A DNA stretch of 62,500 bases, filler included, from Malassezia furfur (lineage: Eukaryota), in NCBI GenBank assembly GCA_052055015.1. It is 4 parts of 4 records of this genome, joined end to end, with 100 filler letters (N's around TTAATTAATTAA, not from the genome) between each part and the next. Parts side by side here need not be neighbours in the genome. Positions count along the whole stretch, not along the records: positions 46,980 to 62,500 come from JBQJIT010000270.1; 3 more parts are not named here. One strand, 5' to 3'. The notes below the pieces were generated by a model. The model was not told where the DNA came from and made no database searches. It was given only the letters and a program-made list of their open reading frames with translations. Made by a program: the position numbers and the translations under genes. Positions 54,427 to 62,500 of this stretch are shown here, one piece after another; the stretch's first letter is position 1, and each line of letters starts with the position of its first letter.

Positions 54427-56954
54427 ATGGGTGACCATTCGTCTCCCCCATTTCTGCACGCTGCACAAGGCAGTTCCCATGAATCCTCGTCGTCGCCCCA
54501 GCCCCGTGCGCGAAATTTTACTTGTCAGCGCTGCGGAAAGTCGTTCTCACGCGAAGATTTGCTTCGTCGGCACCAAGCACGCGAGGCTAGGGCGCTTGCG
54601 AACCCGACCATTGATCGGCAGAAAAGTTGCTACGCGTGTGCTCGTTCCAAAGCTCGATGTGATCTAGGTGTTCCCTCGTGCGAGCGATGCAGGAAGCGCA
54701 ATATCCCTTGTGTAAGTCGCATGCGCTCACTCAGGTATATGCCCCTCACACGGGTAACCCAAATGTGCGCAAGGCGCGCGAACGCGCCTTGCATAACCAA
54801 CAAATAAATGCCGCGGCACCATCCATGCGCGTCACGCCGTTTGTGGAAGGGTCGTCGGCGCCTTTTCCCCGGCGCGAGCGTGGAAGCACGTACTGGAATG
54901 CATTCCTTCCGAATCTTCCCGGGGCTCAGCAGCCAGCTGCGGTGGAAACGGCGTTATCCTCGACAGATACGTCCGGCGACGAGCCGGATAGCGATGGGAA
55001 CACGATTGATTCGCTCGATTCTCACTTCCACGGTATGCGATGGGAGACATCGAGTGCGCCCCGTTCATTTGGATCCATTTCGTCCAGTGATGATAACGTG
55101 TATCTTTTTGGGATGCAGCAGCCAGCGCAAACAAGCGGCTGGCAAGCGCCCGAGGTCGCTACGACGTCGATGCCAATCCAGCAGGGGCCAACCGAAGTGT
55201 TCCCCTCCAACTATGCAGTGCCTAGCATGTTTTCCCAAGGAAACTCTTCCCAGATGACGATGAAGGCAGAAGACAGCCAGTTCGACCCGGGTACAAGCAT
55301 GGAACCTGCGCCGTCGGCGCCCCAACTCGATATGACACCGCTGGCGCCGTCACTAAGTCACGAAGAACCAGCATCTTCTCGACGTGGGTCCCTTCTGTCG
55401 CGTCTCAGTACCAAGGGCTTGCCCGCAAGCAACTTGAAATTGTCTATACCCCAGACCCCTAGTCGCTTTGGCAACTTCGCGGCCTTTTCACCGGCACATT
55501 CAGCGCTCATGCTGGGAAACATGGACCTTTCTTCCTGGCTGGATGACCCTGTGCTACCTTCTCCGTTGTACGAGCTTGGTGCATGCACGGGATGGAACGG
55601 TTTCATGCCGGGATTCGATGTCGGCAAAACCCCTACAGCCCACTCGTCCCGTGCTAATGATCGGTACTTACTGAAGGGACCAAGTCCCTCTAATACCCAT
55701 GCGATGCCGACGACGCACGAACTGGCGCCACAGAGCAAGAGTTCTTCAGGTTCTGACGGCAGTACGCCTATCTCGCCCGTTCTAATCAGCTCCGAAGACT
55801 GGTGGGCACGCGACAAGGACGCGCAATGGCGCTATCATCGCTATATGTACTCATCTCTCCCAGTTAAATCGCTCCTACATCCCAACTATCCCAAGACGAC
55901 GCTTGCTACGTCGGCCGTCTCACGATTCTTGACGTATTGCACCTTCTTGTGTCTGGTCGAGCCCAACGCACCGCAGCCACCCTTTCTACACCGCCAGCTA
56001 CTTGTAGCATGGCGCGATCATTTGCCAGAGTCGCTCGCGGTTGCACGGTGTGTTTTGGCAGCGTTGACACTGCGACTGCCCTCCAGCGAGGCCTACGCAT
56101 GGGGTCTAGCGGCACGCGAGCTCGATACCCAAATTCGGCATGCACACGAGACCGCTGCCAAGCTGAGCGTCTCTGCGCGACGTTCCGAGAAGGCCGCATC
56201 CACCTCCCCGCTCAACGCCGGGGAGACGATCGAGGTGATGGCGCTGTGCCAAACGCTCTGGTTTTACGTTGTGGTCGCTGCGTTTGGCGACAGCTTTGAT
56301 CGGCGCGACTCGCAAGGATTTACACTTATACACCGGTTCTGGGATCCCGCATTGCTTAGTCGTGCCGTGGATGCGCTGCAGTCACTCACAGCGCTCGTTG
56401 CACACATGCTGCCCGACGTCGAAAAAACACCGGCGTCGGAAGCCATGCGTGCGACATCGTTTGATGACGACACGCGCGAGTTCCTCTGGTGGAGTGTGGG
56501 CGAGTCGCTGCGACGTACGGTACTCGCTTCTCATGCGCTGCTGGTCTTGCTCCAGTACTGCCTACATTCTACGCAGGGGGCCCCTGCGCCTATGCTCGAG
56601 TCGGTCACGCCCGGCTCGCAGCCCTATCCGGCCGGCATTAGAGCACCGATGGTGTGGTCGATGAACGACTGGCAAAATATCATGGCCGTGGAGCTCCCTG
56701 CTGTGGCTGACACGTTCGAGGCCGACAGTGCCAGTACGTGGCGGTCCTACTGGGACAACCACCAGCCGATTCACAACGCACGTCCCACCTTGTCCCTCTT
56801 TCACTCACACCGCCCCGCTAAGGTGACGCAACCTCGGTCGGAAATGCAGTTTTGGCTTGAGTCGTACTTGCATCAGCACGACGAGTTCACCAATGTGTGT
56901 CTCTCCATCTTGTTTGGACTGACGAGCGATGGTGAGTCGCCGCCCTCTTCGTAG
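54427..56954 (+). CDS. Transcription factor with C2H2-like finger plus Zn(II)2Cys6 cluster; intron ~54712-54734
   Basis: FTCQRCGKSFSREDLLRRH; SCYACARSKARCDLGVPSCERCRKRNIPC. Confidence 0.82.
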
Positions 56955-57047
56955 CCATACCGTAATCCAACGAGCGAATCGTGCTGAGTCAGCACACGGG
57001 CCACCGGAGGTCGGCGCAGGACCACTTGCGTCGCGCGAACAGACAGG

Positions 57048-57788
57048 ATGGGTGCAGTGACGTATACCACGCTCGGCGCACTGGCGGCCGTCCTCGCGTA
57101 TGGAGCGGGATACCTCGTGCTCACAGGTGCGTATCGTGAGCTCACACAGGCTCCGGCAACCAGTTTGACGTGGGCGGCTTTTTGCAGAACACGTCGCCGT
57201 ACGTCTGGGCGAATCTCGGCATTGCGTGCTGTATCGGCATGAGCGTCATTGGCGCAGGATGGTACGTGGCCTCACGCGCTGACACCAGGGGCATCTTTAT
57301 CACGGGTGCATCCATTCTCGGCGCGGGCGTGCGTGCCGCGCGCATCACGACCAAGAACTTGATCAGTATCATTTTCTGTGAGGTCGTTGCGATCTACGGT
57401 GTGATTATGGCCATTGTGTTCTCGGCTAAGATCTCGGGCCGCCTCGAAGCAGGCCCAGATGGTCTGTGGTCGCCGCAAAACTACCTGACCGGTACGTGTG
57501 CGAGACTGACACGACAGGCTTTGCGCTGTTCTGGGCCGGCATTACGGTCGGGATGTGCAACCTGGTCTGCGGTGTATCGGTGGGCATTACCGGTGCCAAC
57601 GCGGCGGTCGCCGATGCGGCCGACCCGCAGCTCTTTGTCAAGATCCTCGTGGTCGAGGTGTTTAGCAGTATTCTCGGTCTGTTTGGCTTGATTGGTACGT
57701 CACCTACGTGGGCTAACGACAGTGGGCTTGATTATGGTATGTGGTGTGCGCGCTGACCCAGACCGGCTCCGCCGAGGAGTTCAAGTAG
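57048..57788 (+). CDS. VMA16: V-ATPase proteolipid subunit c'' (multi-intron)
   Basis: [40 protein letters not shown]. Confidence 0.9.
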
Positions 57789-57833
57789 ATCGGCGTGCCC
57801 GTGCGCCGGGCTCCGTAGGGATTGTACCTATAC

Positions 57834-58964
57834 TTACACGTGCGTCAGCTGGACCTGAGCCACCGCACCAAAGAAGTCGGTGATGCGCGCCTGGTCCGTG
57901 GGCCGCCCAAATAGCTCCGTCCGGATGTACGGATCGGAGTGGATCGACGCCACGTCGAAGCTGTCAAACTGGGTCAGTCGAACGACCTACCAAGTCTTGG
58001 AGCGTCTTGTTGCTCGTGCGGTCCACATTTTCCATGTACAGCAGCACCGCGCGCGTGAAGCGGTCAATCAACGGGACTCCAACGTCGCTGTCGATGTTGT
58101 ACTGCGTCAGACACGCAACGTACCGAATAGGAATTCTGGCCCACGACGCTGCTGCCGACCGCCAGCACATTCGGGCTGTAGATATGCTCGGTCATCGAGC
58201 TCGCCTGGCAGGTATCAATCATAAAAAAGAGTTCGTGGTAGCGGCGCTTTTCCCACATCTGCTCGATGGCGTCGGCTACGTCAGTTGCGCAACGTACCCA
58301 GGTCGTAGGCACTGATCTCCTCCGAGTCTTGGAACTTTAAGAAATCTTTACCGCCGTGTCCCGTCATGTACAGGAACACGTTGGAGTGCTCGTCGGACTC
58401 GAGCCGCTTTGACCGCGGCGTGTGCACTGGAACCCGGCCGGTGAGAAGGCGCAAAAAGTTGGGCACCGTCACCTCGTAGCCGCGGTAATCGACTTCGACA
58501 TCATCGCCGTACAGGTCCAAATCCTTGTTCAGCGACGGCCATACGGCGCCCGGGAAGGGGTTGCGTGCGTTGCATGCTGCGTCGTCTGCGAGCATGAGAA
58601 TAATGTGGCTGTCAGGCACACCCAGCCGCTTGACGGTGCGGTACATGCCCAATGTGTTCGCTATGTGCTGGGTCAGGATAGCACGTACGCGGTAGTTGAA
58701 CCAAAACTTGCTCGTGCACACAAGCACCGCCCAGTTGTTGGTGTGCGGCATGTCGGGGGATGCAATGCGCGATGTGTTGGGCGACGAAGACGGCGCCTGC
58801 CCGAAAAACTGCGCGACCGCGTCGCGCTGCTCGCGGGAGATGAACAGTTCAGGGGCGGCATAGGGCTGTGTGAGCGTGCTGCGTACCATCACGCCCAGAG
58901 CAATGGCGACGAGCGCCACCACAAGCGTCACGGCGCGCACGACGCGCCGCGTAGTGGAGGTCAT
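57834..58964 (-). CDS. GPI8: GPI transamidase catalytic subunit (C13 peptidase; multi-intron)
   Basis: [37 protein letters not shown]. Confidence 0.9.
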
Positions 58965-58985
58965 GGTGAAGTATGGAGGCGTGTA

Positions 58986-60154
58986 CTATGAACGCGCGTG
59001 GTGGGCCTTGGCAAACGTCGCGGCGACGATCAGCGGGAAAATGATCGTCGCGTCGCTGTACACCTTGACCGACTCGCCTCCGTTGGCCTGACTCTTGATC
59101 TTTCCCCAGCTCACAGCCTCGTCGGGGCGTGCGCCACTGTCAGACCCGTCGAACTCTTGCCCGGTGTTGATGTACACCGCATAGTCCGCACCGTTGCGGA
59201 ACAGCATGGCGTTGGCAATTTGGTGCTTGCACACGCCACCACCGAGGATAATGATGCCGGCTTTTTTGGCCTTGACGCTCATGTCATTGAGGCGCCGGAT
59301 GTCCCGCACTAGATCGACCGTCAGCCCCGGGTTTTTGTACGAGTGGAAATAGATCATGTCGCCGAGCGAGCCGTCCGTCAGAGCAGGGCAGAAAACGGGT
59401 ATATCGTTCTTGGCGGCCCAGTAGTACACACTGCGCTCATCGTTGATCTCGTGGCCGAGGCGTGCGATGATCCGGCTCGGCGTCCATGCGAATGCTTCGC
59501 CGTTTTCCTCTCGCGGCGCCGTGTCCTGTTCGCTGCGCATGGCATCGAGGATCGGCATGACCCAGTCCTCGAACTTGCAATAGTTGTCGTTCGGGACAAG
59601 CAGGTTGCCGATCCGGTTCAGACCCTGCTTTCGCAGGGTCGCGCCGTCCAGATGGAAGGCACCGAGGTAGGTCGACCCAAGGCATTTGATAAAGTCTTCC
59701 TCGACACCGCCGGCCGTCGTAACGATGGCCGAGACGTATTTGTGCTTCACGAGAAAGTGGATCACCTCGCGCAGCCCGGACGAAATCAGGTTGGACGTGT
59801 AGCCCAGGAAAATGGTGCATTTCGTGTTGCTTGGATGCTTGGGGTCCGACGCGGGGAGCGACGCATTCTCGTCGTCCTGAGGGTTGTACGACGGGTCCTC
59901 CGACAAACGCCATGTACGCTGCGTGAGTGTGTATGACGCACCATGCGCTCAATAATGCGAACGGCCTCGCTCACGGACGTGCCTTGGAACCCGATTGACG
60001 CCATGCTGTCCATGAGCGCCGAGAGGTTGTTTGGATCCATCGTATCAAAGTCCGGTCCATGAACCTGGCGCGTACCCTCTGGGAGTGGCTCGGAGCGCAT
60101 CAGCACCGCGGCCTGTGCCGCGGCCGGCGCCGTAGAGTTGGCGTGCGTCTCCAT
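58986..60154 (-). CDS. DYS1: Deoxyhypusine synthase; intron 59919-59941
   Basis: [40 protein letters not shown]. Confidence 0.95.
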
Positions 60155-60215
60155 CGCGCAGAGGAAGAAACCAAAAAAAAGTGCCCGATTCACCTAATGT
60201 GGAGACGTTGCGTAC

Positions 60216-61511
60216 CTATGTATACGCTATGGCCACAGCCAACACAAACGGCAGATGCGGGTCGGTGACGTTGAGCACGTCGCCGTCCTGGACACCGAGC
60301 TCTGGGAGTGTGCGGACGAGGTTTGCACTCGTCGCCTTCTCGAGTGCTTCTGGCTGACGGAAGTAGAGCGGCCCGCTCTCGGTTGCGACCGAGGGGCTCT
60401 TGCACTGAATATCGGGCATCTCTTCGAGCATCTCGAGCAGGCGCGCAAGCGGCGCCATCTTGTCGATTGTGATGGTGCGGCTCTCGCCACCACACACCGG
60501 GCAGTCTGGCCGCTTTTCGTAGTCAAACGTGTAGGTGTAAGCGCCCTCGTTTCCCGCATACATCATGTAATTGTTCAGGTATGCGGCCGTGGATGTGGCG
60601 ATCTTGAACGCCTCTTGTGTGCATGCTGCGGCGATTACGGCATTGGTGCTGGCAATGGCAGGGATGATGTTCTTGATGACGCCTTGTGTGAGCGACCAGG
60701 TGATGCCGGTAATGTGGAACTGCTCGGCGCGTTCGAGCGCGGTCTGCAGCACCCACTGGATGTCGTCCGGATTGTCCGTGTCGAGCTTTTTGTCTCCGTG
60801 CACGCGCGGCCACTCGAGCACGCTTGCCCACTCGATGCAGTGCTCTGGAAGGCGTGGCGTGTTGGCGATTGTGCAAATGGGAAACGTGGTGCGTTTCGGC
60901 AGCATATCTAGGCTGCATTCGTAGCAGCTCGTGATTGTCGGGAGGATGACGCGTGCCTGGCCCTTGAGTCCCTCGGTGCCGCCGTCAATGAGCGGTTTGA
61001 GCGACTCGGGATGCGACTCGTCGACCATGTTGACGAGCATTGCATTGATCCACCGCCGCGCTTCGACCGAGTCGAGCCCGCAGATGATCAGGTGGAACTT
61101 CATGTAATATGCGGCGTCCTTGTCCTGGATACGCCCGACGTACGGCGTAATGTGCACGCCTGGCACACGGCGCTCGACGAACCGCGCAGCGGTGGTCGCC
61201 TTGGGCTGCCCGACGTCAGCGTCGCGGAAGAGGAACTGCCGGTTGAGGTTCGACACATCGATTGTGTCCATGTCGATCACATCGAGGTGGCGGAAGCCCA
61301 TCAGTGCGAGGTTGGCCAGGATCTCGCACCCGAGCCCCCCCGCACCGATCACCAGCACGCGACATTCGTTGCTGAGGAATTGCTGTGCGCTGCGTGAGTG
61401 CGTCACGTACTGTGTGGCGCGGTCGCTTGGTTTCTCGCCGCCTTCGGGCTCGCGCAGGAGTGTCGCGAGCTGCGCATCGGCAGCCGCGCGTGTCACGTCC
61501 GCGGTGGGCAT
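60216..61511 (-). CDS. UBA3: NEDD8-activating enzyme catalytic subunit (start approximate)
   Basis: GAGGLGCE, SNLNRQFLF, CTIANTPRLPEHCIEWA, IIPAIASTNA. Confidence 0.92.
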   Translation of the reverse strand: MPTADVTRAAADAQLATLLREPEGGEKPSDRATQYVTHSRSAQQFLSNECRVLVIGAGGLGCEILANLALMGFRHLDVIDMDTIDVSNLNRQFLFRDADVGQPKATTAARFVERRVPGVHITPYVGRIQDKDAAYYMKFHLIICGLDSVEARRWINAMLVNMVDESHPESLKPLIDGGTEGLKGQARVILPTITSCYECSLDMLPKRTTFPICTIANTPRLPEHCIEWASVLEWPRVHGDKKLDTDNPDDIQWVLQTALERAEQFHITGITWSLTQGVIKNIIPAIASTNAVIAAACTQEAFKIATSTAAYLNNYMMYAGNEGAYTYTFDYEKRPDCPVCGGESRTITIDKMAPLARLLEMLEEMPDIQCKSPSVATESGPLYFRQPEALEKATSANLVRTLPELGVQDGDVLNVTDPHLPFVLAVAIAYT

Positions 61512-61674
61512 CGACGCAGTGGTGGAGTGAGGTGCCGCGCGGGCAGTGGAGGTCCGAGCGCGGCGCGCGCCACCAGGCGTCGTGGGCGGGCGGCGTGGGC
61601 GAGACCGGGATCGAGGACGCCGCCTCGAGGTTCGGCATGGGCCATCTATGTATCTGTGGGGATCGTAACCAAGC

Positions 61675-62500
61675 TTAGGGCGCGCGCACCGATGCGTCGC
61701 GCGGACTATCGAGGAGCCAATTGGCGTTGGGCGGCGGAGGCGCCACCGGCGCGCCGGCGCTGCGCATGCTGCGCGACGTGCCTGAGCTCGTGCGTGCGCG
61801 CGCCTCGTGCGCGGGCTGGGGCGCGCGGGCACCGCCGGACACGAAGCGTGTGGCGATCGGCTTCTTCCCGAGCTTCGACCAGAACGGCGCTCGCGACGCG
61901 TCCTCGTGCGGGTCGCCCCACGAGAGGTCCGGCGACCCGCCCGACTCGGCCGCCGAGGTGCGTGCCTTGCGCGCGCGCGTGCGCTCCTGCCCCGGCGAGG
62001 TCGACAGGGGCGGCGGCTTGCCCGTGACCATCTTGCGGAAGAAGCCCTTGAACGACTGGCGCTTGGGCTTGCCCGCCGAGCTCGTGTCGTGGTCCGACTC
62101 GGAGTCGAACGCGGCGCCCTGCGGCGCAGTGTCGGTCGTGTCCGCGGCACGCGCTGCGTCGGGCGTGTTGGGCGCGGCCTCGGTCGGGGCCGCCCGCACG
62201 CTCGACGTGTCGCCCACGTCGACGCCCGAGCGACTGCGCGTGGGGTCGAGACCCACGTGCATGTCGATCATCGACGTGCCGCCACTCGGCACGAGCGACG
62301 CCTGCGACCCGAACCCGGCCATGCTGCGCGCAGGCGACATGCCGCCGCCCTGCGTGCGCGCAAACGGACGCTCGGGCGGACGCAGGTCCTTGTGCACCTC
62401 GTACGCCGTCGGGCGCGGCGGCGTGCTCGCGAGCTGTGGCGTGGAGTGTTTCGGGAGCCCTGGCGCGCCGGGCACGAGCGGCATCGGCACGCCGGCCGCC
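61675..62500 (-). CDS. Hypothetical low-complexity protein (5'-truncated at window edge)
   Basis: Open GC3-biased frame; no recognisable domain. Confidence 0.5.
   Translation of the reverse strand, partial: AAGVPMPLVPGAPGLPKHSTPQLASTPPRPTAYEVHKDLRPPERPFARTQGGGMSPARSMAGFGSQASLVPSGGTSMIDMHVGLDPTRSRSGVDVGDTSSVRAAPTEAAPNTPDAARAADTTDTAPQGAAFDSESDHDTSSAGKPKRQSFKGFFRKMVTGKPPPLSTSPGQERTRARKARTSAAESGGSPDLSWGDPHEDASRAPFWSKLGKKPIATRFVSGGARAPQPAHEARARTSSGTSRSMRSAGAPVAPPPPNANWLLDSPRDASVRAP

Overview
Eukaryotic, gene-dense, GC-rich fungal DNA, most consistent with a Malassezia-type basidiomycete yeast (an inference from gene content, compaction, tiny introns and the smut-type pheromone/receptor locus). 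The window is four ~15.5-kb contigs joined by artificial 100-bp N44-TTAATTAATTAA-N44 linkers, so synteny across linkers is meaningless. It holds about 40 mostly housekeeping genes, an AT-rich mating-type P/R locus (CAAX pheromone precursor plus STE3 receptor, with an array of HMG-box-type sites between them) and an intron-containing tRNA-Trp. Most notable: spliceosomal introns that begin on the base right after a TAG stop codon and carry box C/D snoRNAs. The EMI1-like 3'UTR has three (snR61-, mgU6-47/SNORD7- and snR55-like) separated by 15- and 9-nt micro-exons, and DBP4 has one (snR87-like). The snR55-like guide is itself split by a 26-nt intron nested inside the host intron. Many introns are only 21-26 nt. 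All family and snoRNA assignments come from recognising motifs by eye; no searches were run.
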